The notes beneath the pieces are model-generated. The model ran no database searches. It had not been told where the DNA came from and saw nothing but the letters and a program-made list of their open reading frames with translations. The position numbers and the translations under genes are program-made. A stretch of DNA of 50,196 bases from Parcubacteria group bacterium (GTDB lineage: Bacteria > Patescibacteriota > Minisyncoccia > Phycocordibacterales > UBA2100), in contig CALRGX010000008.1 in the NCBI GenBank assembly GCA_943358385.1, positions 1 through 50,196 on the forward strand, written 5' to 3'. This document shows, piece by piece, positions 33,186 through 42,906 of the stretch (its first letter is position 1; the number at the start of each line of letters is the position of its first letter).

Positions 33186-34349
33186 ATGGCTCTCTCAAAC
33201 ATAAAGAAACTTAGTATTGGGCTTCTCTCGCTATCGCTGCTTGTAGGAGTGGCAACGTTGGTCGAGTACGGTGCTCTTTTGAAGACACCTCTGCCTGCTG
33301 TGTCGACAACTGAGAGTGTTTCTTTTGAGGTTGAGGAAGTAGCCGCTGGTCTTGAAGTGCCGTGGTCTATGGTGTGGACAGGGAACGATCGCATGTTGAT
33401 TGCTGAACGACCCGGTAGAATTCGTGTGTTTGAAAATGGTGTATTGCGTAACCAGCCGTTGCATACGTTCACCGACGTAGCAACAGGAGGGGAGGAAGGT
33501 CTCATGAGTCTCGCGGTCTCTCCTTCGTATCAAGATGACCGCAGTGTATATGCGGCTCTCGTGTACGAGAGTACAGGAAAGCTCTTTCTTAAGGTGGTGC
33601 GGTTGCTCGACAGTGCAGAGCGATTGGTTGTTGATGGTGTCGTTATTGACGGCATACCAGCCGCACGTTTTCACGCAGGCTCGCGTATTGCATTTGGCCC
33701 TGATGGCAAACTCTACATAACAACGGGCGACGCTACCAACCGCGCGGATGCGCAGAACATTGCTCTTTTAGTGGGTAAGACATTGCGCCTTAATCCAGAT
33801 GGCTCGATACCTGCAGATAATCCGTACCCTTTGTCTCCTGTCTGGAGTAGTGGGCATCGTAATGCGCAAGGCATAACCTGGGACGAGCGTACTGGTGAAC
33901 AATACCAAAGCGAGCACGGGCCTTCAGTTTTTGATGGACCCGCGGGTGGCGATGAGATAAATCTGGTTGTTCGCGGTGGAAACTATGGTTGGCCACTGGT
34001 CTCGCATGGCGAGACCAAAGAAGGTACTCTTGCGCCTATCCAGATGTTCACCCCGGCAGAAGCGCCAGGGTCACTCATGTCGTATAGCGGAGATGTTTTT
34101 CCTGAATATAATGGCAATCTATTTTTCGGCGCTCTCAAAGGGGAAGGTCTTGTTCGTCTTGTGCTCTCGCCAGATACTGCCGACCACATAGTGTCTGTTG
34201 AGAAGTTGCCTGGGATTGTTTTTGGTCGCATTAGAGACGTTGCACAGGGACCAGATGGATTCATATACTTCACCACATCCAATCGTGATGGCCGCGGAGA
34301 GCCAGCAACGGCTGACGACAGGATACTGCGACTTGTTCCTCGGTTATAA
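33186..34349 (+). CDS. PQQ-dependent glucose/sorbosone dehydrogenase family beta-propeller
   Basis: GLEVPW, H.GSRIAFGPDGKLYITTGD, GHRNAQG, EHGP, DEIN...NYGWP, GRIRDV.QGPDG. Confidence 0.92.
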   Translation: MALSNIKKLSIGLLSLSLLVGVATLVEYGALLKTPLPAVSTTESVSFEVEEVAAGLEVPWSMVWTGNDRMLIAERPGRIRVFENGVLRNQPLHTFTDVATGGEEGLMSLAVSPSYQDDRSVYAALVYESTGKLFLKVVRLLDSAERLVVDGVVIDGIPAARFHAGSRIAFGPDGKLYITTGDATNRADAQNIALLVGKTLRLNPDGSIPADNPYPLSPVWSSGHRNAQGITWDERTGEQYQSEHGPSVFDGPAGGDEINLVVRGGNYGWPLVSHGETKEGTLAPIQMFTPAEAPGSLMSYSGDVFPEYNGNLFFGALKGEGLVRLVLSPDTADHIVSVEKLPGIVFGRIRDVAQGPDGFIYFTTSNRDGRGEPATADDRILRLVPRL

Positions 34350-34398
34350 GAGGATGTGCGTGGTTGCGTCGAGTGCACAGTATTGAAATACTATCGGT

Positions 34399-34806
34399 AT
34401 GATGCGGAAAGTACTCTTCACTATTCTCTCGATTGCAATCGCTTTTTTCGTCATGCTTGCCTTCGAATTTGCCAACTCATTCTTCTTTCCGCTTCCAGAA
34501 ACTTTGGATCGAATGAACCTTGATGCAGTACGAGCGTTTGCACAAACTCTACCTGCCTCGGCTTACATACTGGTTTTACTGGGTTGGTTCTTTGGCTCGT
34601 GTGCAGCAGGTTGGGCGCTTTCGCGCTACGTACCCACCGCTACTATCGTACATGTGCTGCTGATAGGTGGATTGCTTACACTGAATGGTGTATTGAATAA
34701 CCTGATGCTTATGCACCCACTATGGGTCAATCTTTTGGGGCTGCCACTTTTTGTTATTGGTACGTACGCAGGGTATATTGCCGCGCAAAGGTATGAACAT
34801 CGGTAG
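34399..34806 (+). CDS. Four-TM membrane protein
   Basis: Hydrophobic 135-aa ORF with HPLW motif. Confidence 0.7.
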   Translation: MMRKVLFTILSIAIAFFVMLAFEFANSFFFPLPETLDRMNLDAVRAFAQTLPASAYILVLLGWFFGSCAAGWALSRYVPTATIVHVLLIGGLLTLNGVLNNLMLMHPLWVNLLGLPLFVIGTYAGYIAAQRYEHR

Positions 34807-35053
34807 CTCCACACGGCAGGCTCCTAGAACGTGTGAGAGCTGCCTCATGCCTTTTTCCAAGGATTCCGGTACGCGTGAATCGGATAGATACTGCAGTCTC
34901 TGTTTCAAAAATAATGCATTTTGCTACGAGGGAGATAATCTAAAGGAGTTCCAAAAAGTGATGTATGCCAGCATGCGTGCGAGTGGGAGCAACGTGCTGT
35001 TCGCTGCGATAGCAACATGGATGACTCGTTTTGCACCGCGCTGGAGAAAGTAG
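34793..35053 (+). CDS. Zinc-ribbon domain protein
   Basis: CESCLMPF...YCSLCF...PRW. Confidence 0.75.
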   Translation: MNIGSSTRQAPRTCESCLMPFSKDSGTRESDRYCSLCFKNNAFCYEGDNLKEFQKVMYASMRASGSNVLFAAIATWMTRFAPRWRK

Positions 35054-35103
35054 CAATACCCACCGACCTACAGAGGCAGTGCAGGTGGTGCTACCATATA
35101 CAC

Positions 35104-35982
35104 ATGACTATGGTAAAAAATTGGCGAAAAGCCCCTCTTGTGCGAACGTTTGCGCTTGCTGCGTTTCTTTTACTCTTGCTTCCTGTGCACAGTGCACACG
35201 CGCTTTCGTGCGCCGCACCTGAGCCTGCGCGGCTCATCGCAAATGGAGGTTCGATTCTGTTTGGCACAGTAACCAATGTAGAGCGTGTCTCGATTACCAA
35301 TCAAACAAATGGTGGGTACCAGGAAGAAAGCCGCGTTACTATGACCGTCGAGAAGGGTTGAGGCATAGTTATGCCGACCGTTACTTTTTTAAATAGCGTG
35401 ACACATCGACCTGTTGATACCACTGGCACCTTGCCACAAATTGCGGGAGGTCCAATGGTGTCGTCTCCGTTTCTAGTGGGGAATCGGTACGCCATTATTC
35501 TTGAACGTGGCTATGCGCATCTGGGTACTTGCTCGCAATCAACTGAAAGTAATGGAGGAGTGCGTGATGCCTCATTTATCGAATCCTTGCGCAACTGGGG
35601 TTTGACTGGGGATCCGGTGTATCCAGTGACACCTCCTGTTTCCTATGCGCAATCCACCTACTACAATCAAGGAAACTACTACGCTCAGAGTACCTACATT
35701 ACGGATGAAGAAACACCGCAGGTGAGTCACTACTGCCCGATGTTGTCGAGTACCATGCAAATTGGCGCGCGTGACTCACTCACGAACCCTCGAGGTCAAG
35801 TGTCAGAACTCCAGCGATTTTTGGCGGATTGGTTTGATGTAGACGAGCGTGATTTGGTGACCGGCTATTTTGGCAGGAATACGCGTATGTACACACAAAG
35901 ACTGCAGCAGCAGTTCGGATTGCCCTCATACGGCATAGCAGGTGCTATGACGCGTGCAGTCATTGCTCGAGAGTGTCGCTAA
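35104..35982 (+). pseudogene. Secreted protein with C-terminal peptidoglycan-binding domain, interrupted by in-frame TGA at 35359-35361
   Basis: Track ORFs 35017-35361 and 35371-35982 are in frame, separated only by TGA plus 3 codons. Signal peptide in the first, VSELQRFL...TGYFG..T...Q...G in the second. Confidence 0.65.
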
Positions 35983-36049
35983 ATTCAAGCAGACAAGCAC
36001 ACGCTGGGTCTTCACGTGCATCCCATGTGCATGAGTGTATGATTAATGA

Positions 36050-36454
36050 ATGAAAAAAGGATACAAAAGTTCGCTGGAAAAACTTACCCTAAAAAATACG
36101 CAGTTTCGTAAAGTGCTCTATACCGCAGAGCACTGCCAACTGGTCCTGATGATGCTCCAGCCAGGTGAAGACATCGGCTTGGAGACCCACACTGAGGGTG
36201 ATCAATTTTTTCGTTTTGAAAGTGGCGAAGGGCGAGTCGTCGTGAATGGTAAAAAGTATACGATACAAGGTGGCGATGCGGTCATTGTGCCTGCAGGTGC
36301 GGAGCATAACATCACCAACACGTCGACGCAGGAACCGCTCACTCTGTACACTATCTACGCCCCCGCACATCATAAGGATGGCGTGGTCCGGAAAACAAAG
36401 GCTGCTGCACTACTTGATGCGCCAGAATTCGATGGCACAACGACGGAGCAGTAG
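36050..36454 (+). CDS. Cupin domain protein
   Basis: QLVLM.L.PGEDIGLETH..DQFF, VPAGAEHNI, LYTIYAP.HH. Confidence 0.9.
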   Translation: MKKGYKSSLEKLTLKNTQFRKVLYTAEHCQLVLMMLQPGEDIGLETHTEGDQFFRFESGEGRVVVNGKKYTIQGGDAVIVPAGAEHNITNTSTQEPLTLYTIYAPAHHKDGVVRKTKAAALLDAPEFDGTTTEQ

Positions 36455-36509
36455 CGTTGGTGCGCGAAAAAAAGGAGAGGCCGCCACATGAGTGGCGGCC
36501 TCGCCGCGG

Positions 36510-37100
36510 TTACGGTTGCACATCAGGCACTGACGGGCCTCGCGGTTGTGGGAACGGGTATTTCGCGCGCGTTATCAGTGTGCCGAGACACCAATCTGCT
36601 AACGGAAAGAGCACATTCAGGTTTTTCGAATGGTCTTTGTGGTGCAACAAGTGGTGAGCGTTTAGCCATTGATACCAGCGTTGGCGCTCAACCCATCGGT
36701 TCTGTGGATTATGCATGCACCAGTGCGTGTATTCGTAGCCCACGTAGTAGGCGACACACACCATGAGGCTGGATCCCCAAATCGCGATTGCAATGTAGAG
36801 AAACCCAAACTGGTAGAAGATGGTGCCCGTAATAAGGTAGGGCAGCATGCCGCCTGAAATCAGCACAATGCCATTCCACCAAGCCATCGTGATTTTTGTA
36901 TCACCGGCGTGCCTTTCATGCAGATGGTACGAGTCATCGGCGCGGTACCGGGTGTGGTGTACGCGAGCGTGTGCTTCATATGCATAACTGAAGCTGCCGA
37001 CCGGTCGGTGCATGACATACTTGTGCAGTGTCCATTCAAGAAACGATGCCATGACGACGCACACAAGAATCGTCGAGAGTGTCGTGAGTGCTATAACCAT
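36510..37100 (-). CDS. Sterol desaturase / fatty acid hydroxylase superfamily protein
   Basis: His boxes HKYVMH, HARVHH, HWCMH, HHLLHH. N.NVLFPLADW.LGT. GGAGG SD. Hairpin at 36477-36502. Confidence 0.85.
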   Translation of the reverse strand: MVIALTTLSTILVCVVMASFLEWTLHKYVMHRPVGSFSYAYEAHARVHHTRYRADDSYHLHERHAGDTKITMAWWNGIVLISGGMLPYLITGTIFYQFGFLYIAIAIWGSSLMVCVAYYVGYEYTHWCMHNPQNRWVERQRWYQWLNAHHLLHHKDHSKNLNVLFPLADWCLGTLITRAKYPFPQPRGPSVPDVQP

Positions 37101-37204
37101 GGGGAGTCCTCCCTGTGAAAGTTCAGTGTTGCTCGCTACACAATAGCACTTCAGTCCCCGCGGTACGGTGTACAGAGCCGCTAATGATGGTACAGTGCAC
37201 CTTC

Positions 37205-38668
37205 ATGGCACGCGCAGATGCAGTAGTCTCATTCGAGCAGGTCTCGTTTGAGCATGGTCACAGCAAACCGATATTAGAGTCGGTTGATTTTTCGGTGCGC
37301 AAAGGGAGCAAGGTAACCATCATGGGGCAAAATGGTGCGGGGAAAAGCACACTTTTCCAGCTCGTCACCGGAGCGCTCCATCCTGAGGAAGGGAAAATAA
37401 ATATTCCTCACGGTCTCACCATCGCGCATTCGCGCCAGGTGATTCCTCGCGATCAGCTCGATCTTTCCGTGCGTGACTTTTTCCGCGCGTGTTTTGCCAA
37501 GCCAGTGTACGACATTGATCCACGCATCGACGACGTGCTCGAGGTCGTGCACCTTAAAGGGCACGAGAAAGTGCACGACCGCACCATTCGCTCATTTTCA
37601 GGTGGCCAGCAGGCACGACTGCTCTTGGCCTCTGCACTCATTCAGAACCCAGACCTCCTCCTCCTTGATGAGCCAACAAACAATTTAGACAAGGCCGGCA
37701 TCGAGCACCTGACTGATTTCATTGTGCAGTATCCGAAAACCGTCATGGTCATTTCTCACGATGCGGCGTTTCTGAATGCATTTACTGATGCGGTTCTGTA
37801 TCTGGATGTGCGCACTCGCAAAATCGAACAGTACTCTGGTAATTACGACAACGTGGTCGAGCAAATCGCGCTACGTATCGAAAAAGAGAATCGCAAGAAT
37901 GCACAGCTGGCAAAAGAGATTCAAGAAAATAAGGACAAGGCAAATTTCTTCGCCCATAAGGGAGGGCAGATGCGACTGGTGGCCAAACGCATGCGCACCA
38001 AGGCAGAAGAGATGGAGGAAGAAAAAGTCGATGTACGAAAGGAGGACAAGACGATTCGCCCCTTTACTTTTCCTGTGCAGGAACCACTAACAGGCGACAT
38101 TGTGCGCATCACTTCGTTTTCAGTGATTGGAAAAAAGAACAAGCCGATGGAAAAGAAAGCAAACATTGTGTTACGTCGGAGCAACCGCCTGCTCCTACGA
38201 GGTCCAAATGGCATTGGAAAGACAACCCTTTTAGAATCTATGGCGCGTGGTACGGCATCGGGAACCATCATTGCACCAGGGGTGCGTGTCGGCTACTACC
38301 GTCAAGATTTTTCAACGCTCAATTTCGACGAAACAGTGCTGCAATCTCTCATGCATGCCTCGCACAAAAAGGATGAGGAGTTTGTACGCTCGGTCGCGGC
38401 AGGGTTTCTCATTACCGGTGAAGTGATGCGCACCAAAATCGGGTCGCTTTCTGAAGGGCAGAAGGGCTTGGTTGCTTTTGCACAGCTCGTATTTGAGCGT
38501 CCAGGGCTTTTGATACTCGACGAGCCGACGAACCACATCAACTTCCGCCATATTCCAGAGATCGCCAAAGCGCTTGATCAGTTCCAAGGCGCCATGATTT
38601 TGGTGAGTCACGTACCGGATTTCGTCTCGCAGATTCGGATTGATGAAGTGCTCGATTTAGATGCTTAG
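37205..38668 (+). CDS. ABC-F family ATPase
   Basis: Two NBDs (GQNGAGKS/FSGGQ/LDEPTNNLD and GPNGIGKT/LSEGQ/LDEPTNH), no TM. Confidence 0.92.
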   Translation: MARADAVVSFEQVSFEHGHSKPILESVDFSVRKGSKVTIMGQNGAGKSTLFQLVTGALHPEEGKINIPHGLTIAHSRQVIPRDQLDLSVRDFFRACFAKPVYDIDPRIDDVLEVVHLKGHEKVHDRTIRSFSGGQQARLLLASALIQNPDLLLLDEPTNNLDKAGIEHLTDFIVQYPKTVMVISHDAAFLNAFTDAVLYLDVRTRKIEQYSGNYDNVVEQIALRIEKENRKNAQLAKEIQENKDKANFFAHKGGQMRLVAKRMRTKAEEMEEEKVDVRKEDKTIRPFTFPVQEPLTGDIVRITSFSVIGKKNKPMEKKANIVLRRSNRLLLRGPNGIGKTTLLESMARGTASGTIIAPGVRVGYYRQDFSTLNFDETVLQSLMHASHKKDEEFVRSVAAGFLITGEVMRTKIGSLSEGQKGLVAFAQLVFERPGLLILDEPTNHINFRHIPEIAKALDQFQGAMILVSHVPDFVSQIRIDEVLDLDA

Positions 38669-39971
38669 TATGAAGACGCCGGCCACGACAGTGGTGTGGG
38701 ATGTGGTAGTGGTAGGAGGCGGGCCTGCAGGCATGATGGCTGCCGGACGAGCTGCCGAACGTGGCCGCCCGACCCTCCTTCTTGAGAAAAATCCAAAGCC
38801 AGGGAAGAAGCTGTTGATTACCGGAGGTGGCCGCTGCAACGTAACGAACAACAAGCAGGACATTCGTGTGATGCTTGCGCGTTATGGCGAGAGTGGCCAG
38901 TTCCTTTTTTCACCTTTTTCACAATTTGCCGTGCGCGAGACGCTCGAATTCTTTCACTCACGCGGTATGCCAACGAAAGAAGAAAATGACGGCCGTCTAT
39001 TCCCGGTGTCGGACTCTGCGCGCTCTGTGTGGGATGTGCTCGTCGGCTACCTGAAACGCACAGGTGTTACAGTACATACGAAATCTGAAGTTACGGCAAT
39101 TCAATACGACAGAAAGGAAAAACTATTTCTCATAACGCTGCAAGACAAGCAGAAGATTCGCTCGCGCACGTGCATTATGGCCACCGGCGGCACCTCGCGG
39201 CCTGAGACGGGTTCAACCGGTGAAGGTTTCCGTTTCCTCAAGCGATTGGGGCACAGTATCGGCGGACACGACATGACGCTTGTTCCTATCACGCTTTCAG
39301 ATCCGTGGATTGAGCGGGTCGCCGGGGTTACGCTGCCTGACGTAAAACTAACTACGATTGCAACAGGCGCGAAAAAGAAAGTATACCGAGGAAAGCTCCT
39401 TTTCACGCATGTGGGCATCAGCGGACCCACGGTACTAAACATGAGCCGTGACGTGGGCGCACTGCTCTCTGCTACTGAAGGTGCAGAGTACGAACAGAAA
39501 TCGTTATCCCACGGATCATCAACTGTTGCGATCGTCCTGGATTTGTTCCCGCAGCTAGACCATGGAGCATTGAAAGTTCGACTGCACGAAGTGCTCAGTG
39601 AGCATAGTAATAAATTGTTGCGTAACGCGCTGGCAGCACTTTTGCCTGCAGCGCTCGTAGAACCAATCTTGGCAGAGATCCACGTGTCTACAGAAACACC
39701 AGCACACAGTGTGCGCACCGAGGATCGCAACGCTCTCCTCATGCGTCTTAAGGCGCTACCACTTCACGTGTCGGGGCTCCTAGGTGCCGAAAAGGCAGTA
39801 GTCTCATCTGGCGGCGTGCCACTACAAGAAATCGACATGAAAACGATGCAGTCACACAAAGTACCTGGGCTGTATGTGGTGGGCGACGTACTCGACATCA
39901 ATCGACCGTCAGGTGGGTATAGCCTGCAGCTATGCTGGAGTACGGGGTACGTTGCTGGCAACAGTTGCTAG
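38661..39971 (+). CDS. HI0933/BaiN family flavoprotein
   Basis: GGGPAGMMAA, GKKLLITGGGRCNVTN, GRLFP, ATGG.S.P.TGSTG, LFTH.G.SGP, SGGV, GGYSLQ. Confidence 0.93.
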   Translation: MLSMKTPATTVVWDVVVVGGGPAGMMAAGRAAERGRPTLLLEKNPKPGKKLLITGGGRCNVTNNKQDIRVMLARYGESGQFLFSPFSQFAVRETLEFFHSRGMPTKEENDGRLFPVSDSARSVWDVLVGYLKRTGVTVHTKSEVTAIQYDRKEKLFLITLQDKQKIRSRTCIMATGGTSRPETGSTGEGFRFLKRLGHSIGGHDMTLVPITLSDPWIERVAGVTLPDVKLTTIATGAKKKVYRGKLLFTHVGISGPTVLNMSRDVGALLSATEGAEYEQKSLSHGSSTVAIVLDLFPQLDHGALKVRLHEVLSEHSNKLLRNALAALLPAALVEPILAEIHVSTETPAHSVRTEDRNALLMRLKALPLHVSGLLGAEKAVVSSGGVPLQEIDMKTMQSHKVPGLYVVGDVLDINRPSGGYSLQLCWSTGYVAGNSC

Positions 39972-39988
39972 CGTGGTAGTGTTACTCC

Positions 39989-40288
39989 ATGAAGGTGCAG
40001 TTTTGCTTCACTGCGAAAGTGTGGCTGTACTCAGGTGCGGCGGCGTGGCATTTCGTTAATGTTGATAAAAAGATCGCGACAACCTTGAAAAAGAGATATG
40101 GCGGCCAAGCGCGCGGGTTTGGATCCTTGCCGGTAGAGGTAAGGATAGGAAAGACGACCTGGCAGACGTCTATATTTCCCGATTCGCAGAGCGGGACGTA
40201 TTTGCTGCCGATCAAAGTCAAGGTGCGCCGCTCAGAAAAAGTGGGGGATGGAGACCTGGTACAAGTGCGACTCAGCGTCCGTGAATAG
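39989..40288 (+). CDS. DUF1905 domain protein
   Basis: AWHFV, GFGSLPV.V.IG.T.WQTSIFP, YLLPIK..VR. Confidence 0.85.
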   Translation: MKVQFCFTAKVWLYSGAAAWHFVNVDKKIATTLKKRYGGQARGFGSLPVEVRIGKTTWQTSIFPDSQSGTYLLPIKVKVRRSEKVGDGDLVQVRLSVRE

Positions 40289-40317
40289 TTGACTAAATAG
40301 CAAATAGTATGTATAAT
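40289..40317 (+). promoter_or_regulatory. Sigma70-type promoter
   Basis: TTGACT-17 bp-TATAAT. Confidence 0.65.
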
Positions 40318-40346
40318 GGCAGTAGGTAGAGGTTGGCCATGGAGAT

Positions 40347-40643
40347 GTGCCAATGAATATCGCTACAGCCGTGCTTGCTGCTTGCGCCCTCGTCGCCGTC
40401 AACACCCCAACTGCCGTGTTTGCAGCCGGGAAAGCAGCGACGGACGGTGAAAAGGCGGGCTCGGTAATTTGGTTGCTGGCGGGTGTGATTTTCGTCACCA
40501 CCGCTGCAACGAACTATCGAGCCATGCTCCGCAACAGCGGCGACCGGTTGCCTTGGTCGTTCGCCTTCGGGTCGGTCGGGGTCGCCTGTTGGGTGTCGCT
40601 CACCAACTCCTTACTACCACTTCTGAGAGATCAGGTGTCGTAG
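40347..40643 (+). CDS. Small membrane protein
   Basis: Promoter and GGAG SD upstream, three hydrophobic segments, 28-bp palindrome at 40651-40678. Confidence 0.6.
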   Translation: MPMNIATAVLAACALVAVNTPTAVFAAGKAATDGEKAGSVIWLLAGVIFVTTAATNYRAMLRNSGDRLPWSFAFGSVGVACWVSLTNSLLPLLRDQVS

Positions 40644-40702
40644 ATGAATTGAAGCCCGCGTGCATGCACGCGGGCTTCTCATAAATAAATTTGAACACAA
40701 AT

Positions 40703-40731
40703 TTGCACAAGTATATCAAGCGTGTTATAAT
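40703..40731 (+). promoter_or_regulatory. Sigma70-type promoter
   Basis: TTGCAC-17 bp-TATAAT. Confidence 0.6.
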
Positions 40732-40804
40732 CAATTTTACGTGAACAGGGGGACGTCGCTGCGGGCACCTTTTCTCTTATCAACAACTGCTAACGCAATA
40801 CGCT

Positions 40805-41335
40805 ATGGCATTTCCAAGATCTGGTGGATTTAATAAACGCCCGGGAGGGTTTAAGGGGGGAGGCGGTGCGCGCTTTGGCAACAAGCGCCCATTCGACCGT
40901 GATGCACGTGGCGAAGGACGCCCTGAAATGCATAGCGCAACTTGTGCAAATTGTCACAAGCCTTGCGAAGTACCATTCAAGCCAGATGGGAGCCGTCCCA
41001 TCTACTGTCGCGACTGTTTTGGCGACAATAAGCCAGAAGGAAGCGAACGATCAAGTGATCGCGCGCCACGTGAGTTTCATCGAAGCGAAAACCGCTCCTT
41101 TGACCGTCCTGAGCGCCGTGATTTTGCTCCGCGCGCTGCTGCTCCTGCAGCGGTAGACATGCGTCCTATTATGGATGCTGCTCGCGAGATGAATGCTCTC
41201 ACCGCTAAGCTCGGTGCGCTCATCGAGATTCTTGCAGCGGGACATGCGCCAAAAGGTGCTACGGAAAAAGTGGAGAAAACTGAAAAGAAAGATGCTGTTG
41301 AGAAGCCAGCGAAGAAAGTCTCAAAAAAGAAGTAG
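40805..41335 (+). CDS. CxxC-x17-CxxC zinc-binding protein
   Basis: MHSATCANCHKPCEVPFKPDGSRPIYCRDCF within Gly/Arg-rich and Lys-rich flanks. Hairpin at 41353-41383. Confidence 0.85.
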   Translation: MAFPRSGGFNKRPGGFKGGGGARFGNKRPFDRDARGEGRPEMHSATCANCHKPCEVPFKPDGSRPIYCRDCFGDNKPEGSERSSDRAPREFHRSENRSFDRPERRDFAPRAAAPAAVDMRPIMDAAREMNALTAKLGALIEILAAGHAPKGATEKVEKTEKKDAVEKPAKKVSKKK

Positions 41336-41434
41336 TAGTTACAAACTCCTTCCAAAAGATGCCGCGCAATGCGGCATCTTTTGTTTTGCGTGGGCAAAAA
41401 GTAAACCACGGCACTGGTGCCGTGGTTTGTGTTT

Positions 41435-42454
41435 TCAGAGAACTTTTCCTATGCGCTCGAGTCGTGGCGCCAAGACCGTATAGCCGCGCGTGTATGCAGC
41501 ACGTGGTAGCCCCATAGCAGCGAGGACATAACGGTAGAGGTCGAAATAGTTGCGTGGCGGATGCTCGCGGCGGCGGACGTGCAATTCGATTTCTCTCCGA
41601 AACGCCAAGGGCCAAATAGGTACCGGGAAGTCAGTGCCAAAAACCAGCCTTTCAGACAGTACTGAGTTTGCTATCGCATTCCGGAGGCGCGTCTTTCGAT
41701 GCGGTGACGCCATTCCAGAAACATCAAGCCATAGACTGCCATGATACTTTTCGGCGAGCTGTTGTACTTGCCAGAATTGTTCACGATCTTCTCTGAAAGG
41801 TACATTGCCACAGCAGTGAGCCGCGACTACCGTCACCCCTTCCCGAAGCATGTGCTCAAGTCGAGCAACGTTTGCGAAGTCATGGTTGATGACGGGCAAT
41901 GCGTACTCCATCCCGATGTGGCAAAGAAGAGGTAGCTGTGCTTCGCGCACTTTCTGGTAGAAGCGGGCAAACGAACGCTCAGTGGGATCGAAACCCATTA
42001 CGCTCGGGAGCCATTTCAACATAACCGCGCCTTCCTCCAGGACTTTGTCCAGCTCATCTTCCCAATCGCGGCGCATGGGATTGACCGATGCGCAGAACAG
42101 CATCTTTTTGTGCGCCGCACATGCAGCAACCACCGCCGCGTTGGTGACCATTTTAGGAGTGCGTGCAGAGTCAAAGTATCCTTGTGCTGTGTACACGCCA
42201 TCAAAGGCAAGAACGGTGGCGTAATCGACGGTAGACGCCTCCAAGTTGCTTGCCAGTTTATTGCTTATTCTTTCATGCAAGTCTTTGGGGTCGGGCATGC
42301 GGCGGGCAAGCAGTTCTCTGGGCGACAAGACGCCAAGCGTTGCCGCGACCCCGCGCGACCGTAGGCCACGCATAAACGCAGGGTGTACCCAGCATCCATG
42401 TGCGTCCGACGGAACTACCAAATGGCAGTGCATATCGATAATTGGCTGATTCAT
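41435..42454 (-). CDS. Amidohydrolase family (TIM-barrel metallohydrolase)
   Basis: IDMHCH, ASVNP, LKWLP, LCHIG, VAAHC, LVFGTDFP. Confidence 0.88.
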   Translation of the reverse strand: MNQPIIDMHCHLVVPSDAHGCWVHPAFMRGLRSRGVAATLGVLSPRELLARRMPDPKDLHERISNKLASNLEASTVDYATVLAFDGVYTAQGYFDSARTPKMVTNAAVVAACAAHKKMLFCASVNPMRRDWEDELDKVLEEGAVMLKWLPSVMGFDPTERSFARFYQKVREAQLPLLCHIGMEYALPVINHDFANVARLEHMLREGVTVVAAHCCGNVPFREDREQFWQVQQLAEKYHGSLWLDVSGMASPHRKTRLRNAIANSVLSERLVFGTDFPVPIWPLAFRREIELHVRRREHPPRNYFDLYRYVLAAMGLPRAAYTRGYTVLAPRLERIGKVL

Positions 42455-42549
42455 CGTGTGATCCTTCCAGTTGTTCCAGACGCACAATCACATATTAAAA
42501 AGAATCTGTCAAACGCCAGGGCGTACATAAAGTGTGTTACAAATACTGC

Positions 42550-42906
42550 ATGAAGCCAATTCCAACACGCGTGTGGGTAGGCATCGCTGGTGTTGCTGCG
42601 GTCATTTTGGCTCTCCAGGTTTTTTCATTTCTTCATCATGTGACGCCCGGAGATGCTGCGGGGCGCATTGTGGCCAAAGACGCCAAAGGTGTCATTATTC
42701 AAGATCGCGGCGGGCACCTCACGCAGATACTTATCGACGAGGCTACGATCATTGAAAGTGCGCGGCTAAGCGTGAAGCACGACACGCTCGTTTCCGGTAC
42801 GTATGTCGTTGTACTGGGCGAATCGCTAGGTGATGGCACTATACAAGCGCGAATGATTCGTTTGTTTGCCGATGAGGTGCCTCCATTCAAAAAGAAGCGC
42901 CCATGA
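42550..42906 (+). CDS. Membrane-anchored OB-fold-like (DUF5666-like) protein
   Basis: TM, then beta-rich G.I...T.I...L..G..V.V.G...G.I.A..I pattern. Confidence 0.6.
   Translation: MKPIPTRVWVGIAGVAAVILALQVFSFLHHVTPGDAAGRIVAKDAKGVIIQDRGGHLTQILIDEATIIESARLSVKHDTLVSGTYVVVLGESLGDGTIQARMIRLFADEVPPFKKKRP

Noticed and set aside
35359-35361. Genetic code 4/25 or selenocysteine recoding
   Set aside because: Only one internal TGA in the window, TGA terminates other genes, and the context is not a redox Cys site.
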